Assembly: GCA_048887225.1 (NCBI GenBank)
Contig: JBHLJY010000009.1
Coordinates: 1-64,000, forward strand
Direction of reading: 5' to 3'
DNA from: Candidatus Hodarchaeota archaeon
GTDB taxonomy: Archaea > Asgardarchaeota > Lokiarchaeia > Sigyniarchaeales > SOKP01
Length of the DNA: 64,000 nucleotides
Positions within the stretch are counted from its first letter, which is position 1. Each line of letters begins with the position of its first letter. Positions 1-9,549 of this stretch are shown here, one piece after another. The notes under the pieces are model-generated. The model was not told the DNA's origin and ran no database searches. It saw nothing but the letters and a program-made list of their open reading frames with translations. The translations under genes and the position numbers were made by a program.

Positions 1-1235
1 AATAATATGAGATTGATGCCTAAAGCAGCAAAATTTAAGCCAATAATAATCAAACCAGTTATATATATAATTAAATGGGTTATGAATGACCATTTCCAGA
101 AAATTCGCCCTTTTGCAATCGAATGTACATCGTCTTCAAGTATAAGAGTTAACTCTTGTTTAACTTCTTCTTTTGAAGGTTCTTCTTCTTCGATTTTTCT
201 ACCCAAAAATTCGCTCCAAATTCTTTCTATTCTCTCAGTTTTTGCCGCATCGTATTTTTTTCTTACTCTTATTTGTTCTTTTTCTATTAATTTATCCCAT
301 CTTATGGTTATAATTAGGTGAATGACAATACCAATAGCCCACAATGCCATGATATATATTGAAATTAACCATTCCTGAGAAACTTCATATGCTATGTTCT
401 CATAGATAAATAGTCCAATAATAATAACATAAAATAAAACATGTAGAATTAATCCTTTAACTACAGCTTTTATAATTTCTATGTGGTAAAATAGAATATA
501 TCCAAAGACGTGTAACACTAAAAATATTCCCCATCTAACAAAAATTTCTACAACGAGTAATTGTTCTACTTGTCCTAAACCGGTTCCTACAAATACGTAT
601 ACATTTACTATGATATATGCAACAATAAAATACGTTACATGAATTAAAATCAGCCAGAAATTGCCAATCTTTAGTATTATTTTATGTTTTAATTTATGTT
701 TCGAATATTCCTGAAACTTTGGGCGTAGCTTTTTCCATTGAGAATAAAAAATTTCATTCCAAGTAAAAAAACCAACAGCATGGTATCCGAAAGCAATACC
801 CCACATTCCTAGAGACCACGTAAACCATAGAAAGGTCAAATCAATGAGGTTCAATAAGAACAGAAATAGATTAACTGAGATATAGAAGAAAGCATGATAG
901 ACAAATGCCATTATGTAAGGAGATTGTTGCCTAATATAAGTGAGATATTCTGATTTATCATTATACATAATATATGACAATGCGTGAAAGCCCATCCCGA
1001 ATCCCCAACCAAATAGTGTATTAAATGGCCAGAAGTAAGTTAATCCTGTAAAACGAAGGCTTATTAACCATATCATGATTAAGAATCCGTTAACACTGCA
1101 ATAAGCGAACAAGTGTAAAACGAAAAAAGGTCTGTTGGTTAAAATCTTCACCAACCAATTCCTATGTTCCTCTTCGATTTCTTCTTCTCTTTTTTCTTCA
1201 AATTCTTTCCGAAATATATCCACATTTTTTTCCAA
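1..1235 (-). CDS. Polytopic membrane protein with tandem 2TM-domain-like repeats (3' end runs off the window; not in ORF track)
   Basis: Hand translation from TTG at 1235 (GAGGT just upstream): MEKNVDIFRKEFEE...HLFAYCSVN...FWPFNTLFGWGFGMGFH...HAFFYISVN...WFTWSLGMWGIAFGYH...; frame stays open to the window edge; repeated H-x3-Y-x2-VN...WG-x4-H hairpins. Confidence 0.8.
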   Translation of the reverse strand, partial: MEKNVDIFRKEFEEKREEEIEEEHRNWLVKILTNRPFFVLHLFAYCSVNGFLIMIWLISLRFTGLTYFWPFNTLFGWGFGMGFHALSYIMYNDKSEYLTYIRQQSPYIMAFVYHAFFYISVNLFLFLLNLIDLTFLWFTWSLGMWGIAFGYHAVGFFTWNEIFYSQWKKLRPKFQEYSKHKLKHKIILKIGNFWLILIHVTYFIVAYIIVNVYVFVGTGLGQVEQLLVVEIFVRWGIFLVLHVFGYILFYHIEIIKAVVKGLILHVLFYVIIIGLFIYENIAYEVSQEWLISIYIMALWAIGIVIHLIITIRWDKLIEKEQIRVRKKYDAAKTERIERIWSEFLGRKIEEEEPSKEEVKQELTLILEDDVHSIAKGRIFWKWSFITHLIIYITGLIIIGLNFAALGINLIL

Positions 1236-1256
1236 ATTTTTAAACCTCGAGTATAT

Positions 1257-1940
1257 TTAGTTCAATATTTCCCCATCTTCCATTTTAATGATCCTATCGG
1301 CACAAAATCTAAGTCTATCGTCATGAGTAGCAATTAAAATGGTAGTTCCTCTTTCGTCAGCAATTTTTCGGAAATATTCGCCGATAATCCTGCCATTTTC
1401 GGAATCTAAATTACCAGTTGGTTCATCAGCAAAGATTAACTGGGGCTCGTTTATTAATGCTCGCGCAATCGCAACACGCTGTCTTTCTCCACCGCTTAAC
1501 TCTTTTGGGTCATGCTTTAGACGATGTCCCATCTGCAACATATCTAATATTGATTTACATTTATCTTTATACCCTTTCTTTTCGAGTTTTCCAATTTTAT
1601 ACATAATTTCAACATTTTCCAAAACATTAAGCGATTGAACTAAATTAAATGCTTGAAATATGAATCCTATTGATCGCCTACGCGTTTCCGTCAACGTTTT
1701 TTGTCGTGTTTTCCGATCGTAAACCTTATCTCCAAAATAAATTCTACCGTATGTTGGACGAAGAAGAAGACCCATTACAGATAAAAGAGTGGTTTTTCCA
1801 GCTCCACTCGGTCCCATTAAAAGCGCAACCTCACCTTCTTGCATCATAAGATCGGCATCGTTTAACGCTTTAACTAAGGTTTCTTCACTTCCATAATGTT
1901 TAGACACATTTTCAAGCCTAATTATTTCGTTATTTTTCAT
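1257..1940 (-). CDS. ABC transporter ATP-binding protein, LolD/MacB family
   Basis: Walker A GPSGAGKTT, signature LSGGERQRVAIARAL, FADEPTGNLD, H-loop ATHD. Confidence 0.95.
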   Translation of the reverse strand: MKNNEIIRLENVSKHYGSEETLVKALNDADLMMQEGEVALLMGPSGAGKTTLLSVMGLLLRPTYGRIYFGDKVYDRKTRQKTLTETRRRSIGFIFQAFNLVQSLNVLENVEIMYKIGKLEKKGYKDKCKSILDMLQMGHRLKHDPKELSGGERQRVAIARALINEPQLIFADEPTGNLDSENGRIIGEYFRKIADERGTTILIATHDDRLRFCADRIIKMEDGEILN

Positions 1941-1982
1941 TTTTTTGTAAACTCCTTTTCTTTTCTATTCATTAATCTAATT

Positions 1983-3104
1983 CTATATTGTTTTAAATAC
2001 AATTGCGGGATCTATCTTATGAACTTTAAATATTATAATAGAAGAGGCACCAAGCCCCATACTTAAAAATACCAAATATAATATAATTGATGCCTGAAAA
2101 TCGACTAATATCGGCATCGCACCTCCCATAAAGCTGAAAAGCGCTGCTAATATCGAGCCAAATATAAAACTTAGTGTAATATAAACAAAAACTTGCCCAA
2201 ATAACATCTTATTTAAGAATCCCTTGCCTGCCCCGATTGCTTTAAGTGTTCCAAATACCGGAATTTTTTCCTGAATGGATTGATACATTGTCACCGTCAG
2301 AATTATTAATGCGACAAAAAATCCCATACCTACCAAAATATATATTGCCCCACCTAAGCCTCCCTCGTTAATTATGAATGAATGCGAATTCTCTCTGAGT
2401 TCTTCATAAGTGAGAACATTCAAATCTTCATCAATGTCATTTGCCACATCTTCTTTAAATTCCTCCATTGTATATTCATCTTCAAAATTCACGGCAATAG
2501 TTGCACTCCAGTTTCCTAACCATGGAGTTATCGCCTTTACAGTTTCTAAAGATGCCCAAATATACCCATTGAACATAAATCTCGAATTTTCACAAAAACC
2601 AACAACTCGCATCATCAATCCCTCAACTTCTAAATAATCACCAACTTTCAAATTGAAATATTTTTCAATTGATTCATCAACGATTATTGTTAGCCCTTCA
2701 TATAAATCCCCTTCACTCCCTTTTACAACATCCCAAGGACCAATTTCATGATTTGGATTATTAAAATCACATCCAAATATATATGCAAATGTTGTACGTT
2801 TCTCATCTTCTACTTCTGCACCTCGAAAAATCAATCTCTCAGTATTTTGAACTTTACTAAAATTTTGAAGTTTTTCATAAACTGAATCATCTAAAAAGCT
2901 CCCTTCAAAGAATTGATCACTATCTTCATCCCTGATCCAAGCATCAAATTCAAACTTATCAATAATTTCAGTAGATTGTGATAAAACGCCATTGAACATT
3001 CCTGCACTATATTGAACTAGAAAAATGCTAAGTGAAAGCCCTAAAATAATCAGTATGAACTTTCCTTTCTTATGAATTAATTCTTTATAGCCTACATTCA
3101 CCAC
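1983..3104 (-). CDS. ABC permease, FtsX/MacB type
   Basis: N-terminal TM, large extracytoplasmic domain, GTLKAIGA motif, 3 C-terminal TMs, IDPAIVF end. Confidence 0.9.
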   Translation of the reverse strand: MVNVGYKELIHKKGKFILIILGLSLSIFLVQYSAGMFNGVLSQSTEIIDKFEFDAWIRDEDSDQFFEGSFLDDSVYEKLQNFSKVQNTERLIFRGAEVEDEKRTTFAYIFGCDFNNPNHEIGPWDVVKGSEGDLYEGLTIIVDESIEKYFNLKVGDYLEVEGLMMRVVGFCENSRFMFNGYIWASLETVKAITPWLGNWSATIAVNFEDEYTMEEFKEDVANDIDEDLNVLTYEELRENSHSFIINEGGLGGAIYILVGMGFFVALIILTVTMYQSIQEKIPVFGTLKAIGAGKGFLNKMLFGQVFVYITLSFIFGSILAALFSFMGGAMPILVDFQASIILYLVFLSMGLGASSIIIFKVHKIDPAIVFKTI

Positions 3105-3111
3105 AGTTAAA

Positions 3112-4236
3112 TCACGCTCTAAATATAATTGCTGGATCGGTTTTATGTACTTTCCTTATTGGAATTAAAGAGCATAATGTTCCAAGAATTAAGGTTATGA
3201 GATAGACAGAAAGTGCCCAAAGCCAATTGACATTTACTGCTAATGCTGATTGGGCTGATAAATATGGCGCTAATAATAAAGCCAAAAGAGTAGCCAAAAC
3301 AAAGCCGACAGTTACTATTAAAAATGTCTGTCCAATTAAAATCTTGTTTATGAAACTCTTTTTAGCACCTAAAGCTTTTAATGAAACAAGTTCACGAAGT
3401 TTGTCGGTTACTGATTGATATAACGTTATAGAAATGACGATCATAGAAACAATGAACCCCATTACTGCTAATATTCCTATACTTTGAGCAATTCCATATT
3501 CCACTAACAGATATTCTTCTATTAATTCTTTCATTTCTTCTGATGAGATAACTTTAATCACATTTTCAAAAATTTCCAAATCATCTTTCAAATCAGAGAC
3601 AGAGTAATCACTTTTGAGTTTCACACCTAAATATGTACTCTCATTTCCTATATGTAAGAGATTTTTGGCGGTTTCCAGATTTGCCCATATCATTGGGCTG
3701 CCAAATCTCTGTGCATTTCGAGTCATTCCTTTTATCTTTAAATCTACTTCAGGCTCTCCTGATTTAAGCTCATCATCAATTTTAATTTCTGGAAAGAATT
3801 TTGTAATTAATCGATCAGCCATTATAACGTTATTATCCTTTAAATCATCTTTATCTCCATCTACGATTTCCCATGGTTCTAAATAATCGCTATCAATATC
3901 ATATCCTATGATTGCCACACCAGTATCCTCATCGCCAAATTCAACTGATATCCAATCATCTATAATCTTGTCAATACCTTCCACTCCTCTGAGGTTAAAT
4001 GCTAAATCGTAAACATTGTCTGAGACGCGCCCTCCTTCCATTATGTTGTCTCTGTTACGTTGTATGATAAAAGCATCGTACTCAGATTCCTCAACAATAC
4101 GCTTTGATTCATCTAAAGATCCTGTGATCATTCCAATACCGACAAGAACCATAAGTAATGAAACTGTAAGACCCATTACGACTAAAACTAATCTGACAGG
4201 TTCGTGGAAAAGATCCTTTATAGTTAAATTAACCGT
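3112..4236 (-). CDS. ABC permease, FtsX/MacB type (paralog); probable start at 4236 (ACG), first ATG at 4176
   Basis: SLKALGA and TDPAIIF motifs; a 20-codon in-frame extension (T)VNLTIKDLFHEPVRLVLVV aligns with the paralog N-terminus MVNVGYKELIHKKGKFILII. Confidence 0.85.
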   Translation of the reverse strand, partial: TVNLTIKDLFHEPVRLVLVVMGLTVSLLMVLVGIGMITGSLDESKRIVEESEYDAFIIQRNRDNIMEGGRVSDNVYDLAFNLRGVEGIDKIIDDWISVEFGDEDTGVAIIGYDIDSDYLEPWEIVDGDKDDLKDNNVIMADRLITKFFPEIKIDDELKSGEPEVDLKIKGMTRNAQRFGSPMIWANLETAKNLLHIGNESTYLGVKLKSDYSVSDLKDDLEIFENVIKVISSEEMKELIEEYLLVEYGIAQSIGILAVMGFIVSMIVISITLYQSVTDKLRELVSLKALGAKKSFINKILIGQTFLIVTVGFVLATLLALLLAPYLSAQSALAVNVNWLWALSVYLITLILGTLCSLIPIRKVHKTDPAIIFRA

Positions 4237-4488
4237 TTAAAATCGCCTTTAAAAAAATTATAAATCTATAATTGAAAGTATTAAATTCATTTAAAAATCT
4301 TAAGTTAATAAAAAATATGTAGCTCATCATTTAATATTATGACATGCGAGAAATGCCTATTTTTTTAATAAAAATGTATTTTAGGCTAAATATTTATTTT
4401 ATATAAACTTTTAAGTATTTTTCTATTTTCAATTATAATAGCATTTAGCTTTACATCAAAAATAATTAAAATAGTAAATTAGGAAGTT

Positions 4489-5079
4489 ATGGCAGATTTA
4501 AAAATAGAAACTACATATTTTGAAAAGACAGGACCAGAAAATACTGATAAAGCTCTAGAAATTGCGAAAAAATACGCCGATCAACTTAGTGTTAAAGATA
4601 TTGTTCTTGCTAGCACTACTGGAACTGTTGCTGAAAAAGCTGCTGAAGTATTTAATCTAGAAGATTATAACGTAGTTGTTATAACACACTCGTATTATTT
4701 TGTTGGTAGCAATATAAGGCAAGAATTTCCTGAAGATAAAATGGCTGCATTAAAAAATAAAGGTCTCAAATTCCACTGTGGTACGCATTCAATGAGCGGT
4801 ATTGAAAGAGGCGTAAGACTTAAAAAAGAAGCGTGGATCTTTGTAGATTTACTAGCAAAGATGTTAGGGTTTCATTTTAGTCAAGGGATAAAAGTATGTA
4901 TCGAAATCGCAAGTACCGTCTGCGATGCTGGCTTAATTCCAGACCTTGATCGAAATATCATTTGCGTTGGAGGTACAGGGAGGGGTGCTGATACGGTCTG
5001 TTTAATAAAACCTGCGCCTACTAGTGAATTTAAAAATCTAAGAGTAAAAGCGATTTTAGCAAAACCATTTAATTTTTAA
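4489..5079 (+). CDS. Pyruvate-kinase C-terminal alpha/beta-like protein (MTH1675/COG1751 type)
   Basis: YFEKTGPENT, VLASTTG, SQGIKVCIEI, DAGLI, GGTGRGADT motifs. Confidence 0.85.
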   Translation: MADLKIETTYFEKTGPENTDKALEIAKKYADQLSVKDIVLASTTGTVAEKAAEVFNLEDYNVVVITHSYYFVGSNIRQEFPEDKMAALKNKGLKFHCGTHSMSGIERGVRLKKEAWIFVDLLAKMLGFHFSQGIKVCIEIASTVCDAGLIPDLDRNIICVGGTGRGADTVCLIKPAPTSEFKNLRVKAILAKPFNF

Positions 5080-5121
5080 TTTAAATACTTTTTATATGAT
5101 GTTTTTATTTTCGGTATAATC

Positions 5122-6345
5122 ATGTCAAGCTCAAATCAAGAATATATAAAAGAGATAGAACAAATCAGAGAATCATTTTCGGATTTAATTCATTATACCC
5201 CTTTAGAATTAAATCATACTTTTTCAGTAATGTCTAATAATGATGTCTATTTAAAATTGGAAAATTTTCAACGAACTGGAGCTTTTAAAATCAGAGGAGC
5301 CTATAACAAAATCTTAAAATTATCTGAAAAAGAAAAAAGAGCTGGAGTTATTACGGCTTCAGCTGGTAATCATGGTCAAGCAGTGGCTTTAGCCGCAAAA
5401 TTATTTGATACTAAAGCTACAATAGTGGTTCCAGAAGGAACACCTATCGTAAAAATCGAGGCTATAAAAAATTACTTAGGTAATGTAATTGAATATGGCA
5501 GAACTTATGATGATGCTTTTCAAAAAGCTATAGAAATAAAAGAAAAGGAAAATATCCCTTTTATTCACGCTTTTAATGATCTTGATGTAATTAAAGGTCA
5601 AGCTACTATTGGACTTGAAATATTAGAACAATTACCTGATGTGGAATATATATTTTGTCCTATTGGAGGTGGTGGCCTAATAAGTGGGATTAGTTCCTAT
5701 TGTAAGGAAAAAAATAAGAAGGTTAAAATTATAGGTGTTCAATCTGATAATGCTCGGTCTATGTATGAATCTTTGAAAACAAAAAAGTTAACAATTTTGG
5801 AATCTCAGGAAACAATCTGTGATGGTATAGCTGTTGAAAGACCAGGAGATATAACTTATGGGATGGTTAAGAAATATGTGGATGAGATTGTACTTGTATC
5901 TGATGAAGAAGTAGCGAATGCGATATTATTATTATTAGAACGGGCTAAAATATTCGTGGAGGGAGCAGGGGCTACAGCATTAGCAGCAATTTTAAATAAT
6001 AAAGTTAAAATTGAAAATAAAAAAATCGTTGTTCTAATATCTGGCGGCAATTTAACCCCCAATCTATTAAATCGTATAATTATAAAAGGATTGATCAAAG
6101 AAGGGCGTTTAGTGAAGTTAAAAACAATAATACCAGATGTTCCAGGAGCATTGTTAAAATTATTAAATATTATTGCTCAAGAGCGGGGAAATATAGTTTC
6201 AATTATTCACGATAGAGAGCGATTAGAGGTATCTTATAAAAAAGCAGAGGTTATTCTTGAAATAGAAACTCGAAATCAAGAACATATCAATCAAATTGTA
6301 AAAAAATTAAAGAAACGCTATGAAATCGAAATTTTAAAATTTTAG
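5122..6345 (+). CDS. ilvA: Threonine ammonia-lyase with C-terminal ACT domain
   Basis: LKLENFQRTGAFKIRGA (PLP Lys), ASAGNHGQA, PIGGGGLISG, ISGGN, ACT PDVPGAL. Confidence 0.92.
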   Translation: MSSSNQEYIKEIEQIRESFSDLIHYTPLELNHTFSVMSNNDVYLKLENFQRTGAFKIRGAYNKILKLSEKEKRAGVITASAGNHGQAVALAAKLFDTKATIVVPEGTPIVKIEAIKNYLGNVIEYGRTYDDAFQKAIEIKEKENIPFIHAFNDLDVIKGQATIGLEILEQLPDVEYIFCPIGGGGLISGISSYCKEKNKKVKIIGVQSDNARSMYESLKTKKLTILESQETICDGIAVERPGDITYGMVKKYVDEIVLVSDEEVANAILLLLERAKIFVEGAGATALAAILNNKVKIENKKIVVLISGGNLTPNLLNRIIIKGLIKEGRLVKLKTIIPDVPGALLKLLNIIAQERGNIVSIIHDRERLEVSYKKAEVILEIETRNQEHINQIVKKLKKRYEIEILKF

Positions 6346-6449
6346 AGCAAAGTGATTCACTGTACTTAATTAATTAAAGCAAAACACATAAATAAAAATA
6401 AAATTAATAAATAAATAATTAAAAATGGATGTATAAGAAGGGAATATAA

Positions 6450-7328
6450 ATGTGTAGACACTGCGTTAAATATGGAGATGGGACAAAATGGTATTTAAAT
6501 CCAAAGAATTACAGCGACGAAATGCTTCACGGTGAATTAGCAAATGAAAATGTGGAAGATACTATCGCAGCTTCGCTTCTTGGTTTAAAAGGGACAATGC
6601 AAGAAATTATGATGACTGCGGATCGTTTTAAAATTGAAGTTGGAATGGGTGAAAATATAGATCTCATGTTTCAAGATTTGAACGATGATCTGGCGCGTAC
6701 GTTACGTGAAGGTATGCCAGATCTCCTGGATAAGCTCCACGCCGGTCAAGTGGTTCCTCTTGAGGACGCTGAAAAGATAATTGACCTCACTAAAGGAGAT
6801 ATCTATCTGGAACCTTGTATATGTCGAAAATACTACGGAGGAAAAGAAAGAATGACTTGTATGTTTTTTCCACCCGTTTCGGAAGGTATGCAGAAAAACC
6901 TCCCATGGTTTGGAGGAAAAATGATTTCTAAGGAAGAGGCAAAGAAAGTTTTAAGAGAATTGGATAAGGAAGGTATATTTCATGGAGTTTTTTGGTTACC
7001 TGCACCTGTTCCTGGTTGCATTTGTAATTGTGAGTATCCCTATTGTATAGCTCTTAGAGGTAGGTTACATTATAATATTATTGATGTTTATAGAAAGGGA
7101 GAGTATATCTCTCTTGTTGAACCAAATAAATGTAATGGGTGTGGTGGTAGACCTCTCTGTCAACCTAAATGTTCGTTTGGCGCCATTAAATATTCGCCTA
7201 CTGCTGACAGAGTACAAATAAATCAGATGCAGTGTTGGGGCTGTGGCGTTTGTCGACAAGCATGCCCAACTAGCGCTATACGACTTATATCACGTGACGA
7301 AATTTTCCAATTAAGAGGTGACTGGTGA
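6450..7328 (+). CDS. Multi-Fe-S protein with C-terminal 2x[4Fe-4S] ferredoxin domain
   Basis: N-terminal MCRHC..GTKWYLNPKNYS, CICR, CICNCEYPYC, CNGC..C...C, CWGCGVCRQACP. Confidence 0.85.
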   Translation: MCRHCVKYGDGTKWYLNPKNYSDEMLHGELANENVEDTIAASLLGLKGTMQEIMMTADRFKIEVGMGENIDLMFQDLNDDLARTLREGMPDLLDKLHAGQVVPLEDAEKIIDLTKGDIYLEPCICRKYYGGKERMTCMFFPPVSEGMQKNLPWFGGKMISKEEAKKVLRELDKEGIFHGVFWLPAPVPGCICNCEYPYCIALRGRLHYNIIDVYRKGEYISLVEPNKCNGCGGRPLCQPKCSFGAIKYSPTADRVQINQMQCWGCGVCRQACPTSAIRLISRDEIFQLRGDW

Positions 7329-7337
7329 GGTTAAAAA

Positions 7338-7592
7338 ATGGTAACAATAAGACCCGAAATATACTATAATAAAGAGAAATGTGGAGACCCAAGCGCTTGT
7401 CTTGAGTGTATAAAGAGTTGCCCTTATACGGTGCTAGCTTATAGACCCTCGGAAACTCCAGAGCCACCCAATCCACCTAAAGATTGGGTGATTGTCTCAA
7501 CATGTCGAGTCACATGTCCTTATCCTGCATGTAAATTATGTATTGAGGCTTGCCCTAAAGACGCACTCAATATTACAATTCCCGTTATGTAA
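7338..7592 (+). CDS. Small atypical ferredoxin
   Basis: C-x4-CLECIKSCP and C...CPYPACKLCIEACPKDAL; GGTGAGGT RBS overlaps the upstream stop. Confidence 0.8.
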   Translation: MVTIRPEIYYNKEKCGDPSACLECIKSCPYTVLAYRPSETPEPPNPPKDWVIVSTCRVTCPYPACKLCIEACPKDALNITIPVM

Positions 7593-7648
7593 GCTTTTCT
7601 GATTTTTTTTTATAAATTTACATGTTAAAAAATTATGAGTGAGGATAT

Positions 7649-8317
7649 TTGACTAGTGCAGTAAGCGTTAAAAGCCTATGTGCGGCCACAGCAACCTACT
7701 TTTCTACACAAGGTTATTTTGTTAGGCGGAACCTTGAGACACAAGGTCTAGAACCTGTAGATATAATTTGTATTATGCCTAGACTTTCCGATTTAAAGAA
7801 GAGGATTAAAAGTAAGTTTTTTGTTCCTTCAGGTATTTTACATACTCTAATAGATCAAGGCTGGAAGGCTGCTGAAGAGATAGCAATCGAAACGGACTCA
7901 GATATTTCGTTTGTTAGCTCCGCGCTGAATGAGATTTGTGAAGAAGGGTGGGTTGAAAAAAAAAATAAAAACGGCAAATTCCTCTGGACACTTAAAGATT
8001 ACAAAATTCCATCTAAGGATTGTGTAATGGCACATTGCAGATACCAAGAAAGCATGGAATTTTTTGAAAGACTAAGTGATTTTGATGGATGTTACAATAA
8101 GATGTATTTCATTTTTCCCTACCCAATTGATAAAGACTTCATAGATTTATGCCATGAAAAAGGAGTAGGTATTCTGATTTTTTATGAAAAAGTAGGATTA
8201 TTTAAAGAAATACTTCCAGCAGAGTTAAAAACAGTCACTAACTTAAAAATATATGCTAATTTATGCGAGGTTATCATCAAGGAAAATCTTCTCTATAGGT
8301 CAATAAATAGCATTTGA
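7649..8317 (+). CDS. Winged-HTH inserted into a degenerate restriction-endonuclease-like fold
   Basis: QGYFVRRN..VDII, HTH AEEIAIETDSDISFVSSALNEICEEGWVEK, then KMYFIFP and GVGILIF. Confidence 0.5.
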   Translation: MTSAVSVKSLCAATATYFSTQGYFVRRNLETQGLEPVDIICIMPRLSDLKKRIKSKFFVPSGILHTLIDQGWKAAEEIAIETDSDISFVSSALNEICEEGWVEKKNKNGKFLWTLKDYKIPSKDCVMAHCRYQESMEFFERLSDFDGCYNKMYFIFPYPIDKDFIDLCHEKGVGILIFYEKVGLFKEILPAELKTVTNLKIYANLCEVIIKENLLYRSINSI

Positions 8318-8341
8318 GGTCTTACAAAGAGAGGTTAAATT

Positions 8342-9112
8342 ATGGTTCTTAAAAAGAGTTTAACATTATCGGTTTCTGGAAAAGGGGGGTCAGGTAAAAC
8401 AACACTTACAGGATTGTTATTGAAAATCTTATTAGACTCTGGTAAACAGGATATTCTTATGATAGACGCAGATCCAGCTATGAATCTACCGAGCGTTCTT
8501 GGAATTGAATTAGAAGGAAAAACTACTTTAGGAATGATTTTAGATAAAAAAAAAGACGAGTTAGAGTCGAAAACTCATATCTACAGTAAGCTTTTAGAAG
8601 GTGAAATCTGGGAGAGTGTAATCAACCAAAATGGTTTTGATCTACTTATAATGGGATGGAAGAAAGGTGAAGGTTGTTATTGCGCGATTGACAGTTTTGC
8701 TGCGATAATAATTGAATCTTTATCTAAGATGTACGATTATATTATTATTGATTTTTACGCGGGATTTGAACATCTTAGCCGAAGAACGGACAGAGCTGCT
8801 GATATCCTTTTGATTGTAACAGATCCATCAAAAATGGGATTCGAAACATCACGTCGCATTAAAGAATTAGTCGAAGAGGTCAATATTTCATTTAAAGATA
8901 TTTTTATAGTGGGAAATAGATTTAGTGAAAAATTGGGACAAAAACTTTTCGAATTTTCAAAGGAAATTGGAGTTAAATATGCTGGTATTATTCAACATGA
9001 CCAAAACATCGTAGACTTTAATTTAACTGGTCAATCACTTATGAATATTCCTAATAATTCTCCAGCGGTGATTGCTGTAAAAAAAATCTTTGAGGGAATA
9101 TTTCACAACTAA
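8342..9112 (+). CDS. cooC: CooC-type Ni-insertion ATPase (MinD/ParA class)
   Basis: Deviant Walker A GKGGSGKTT, IDADP..NL, GEGCYC metal motif, AGFEHLSR. Confidence 0.85.
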   Translation: MVLKKSLTLSVSGKGGSGKTTLTGLLLKILLDSGKQDILMIDADPAMNLPSVLGIELEGKTTLGMILDKKKDELESKTHIYSKLLEGEIWESVINQNGFDLLIMGWKKGEGCYCAIDSFAAIIIESLSKMYDYIIIDFYAGFEHLSRRTDRAADILLIVTDPSKMGFETSRRIKELVEEVNISFKDIFIVGNRFSEKLGQKLFEFSKEIGVKYAGIIQHDQNIVDFNLTGQSLMNIPNNSPAVIAVKKIFEGIFHN

Positions 9113-9195
9113 TCAGATTGACATTCCCAAATAATTTAAAATATTATTTTTTCTATAATAACAAATTATAAGTTCATTAAAAAAATAAAAATTAC

Positions 9196-9549
9196 ATGGA
9201 ACATAATTTAGGAGAATTATTCAAAAAATGGCACGATCTAAACATGCAAGTCGCAGAGTCGTTTGGTCAATTTAACTTCGATTCCATTAAAGAAATCCGA
9301 ACTAAACAAAGAAAAATCGAAGATTCGGTTTTTTCAATTCTCGTTGAAAATGCACCAGAGGAGATTAAAAAGATTTTGCCTAATAATTGTGGTGAAATGG
9401 AAATTGGATATAATATTGAAAACAATCAATTCTATTTTGTAATGTTTGATCCTAATTATGAAGAGGGGGAAAATACAAAATTAATTGCTATTACCATTAA
9501 TTCACAAAAAAATGTGAGCCTTATTAAAGATTTCAAAGAAGATTTTTAA
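9196..9549 (+). CDS. Hypothetical protein
   Basis: 117-aa ORF with typical codon usage that fills the gap between genes. Confidence 0.7.
   Translation: MEHNLGELFKKWHDLNMQVAESFGQFNFDSIKEIRTKQRKIEDSVFSILVENAPEEIKKILPNNCGEMEIGYNIENNQFYFVMFDPNYEEGENTKLIAITINSQKNVSLIKDFKEDF

Noticed and set aside
7-321. 104-aa plus-strand ORF in the track
   Set aside because: Antisense shadow of the real minus-strand 2TM-repeat gene (1-1235)
7326-7328. TGA stops of Fe-S and other genes as selenocysteine codons
   Set aside because: Not at Cys-equivalent positions, the next genes start right after with their own RBS, and no SECIS-like hairpin was recognised
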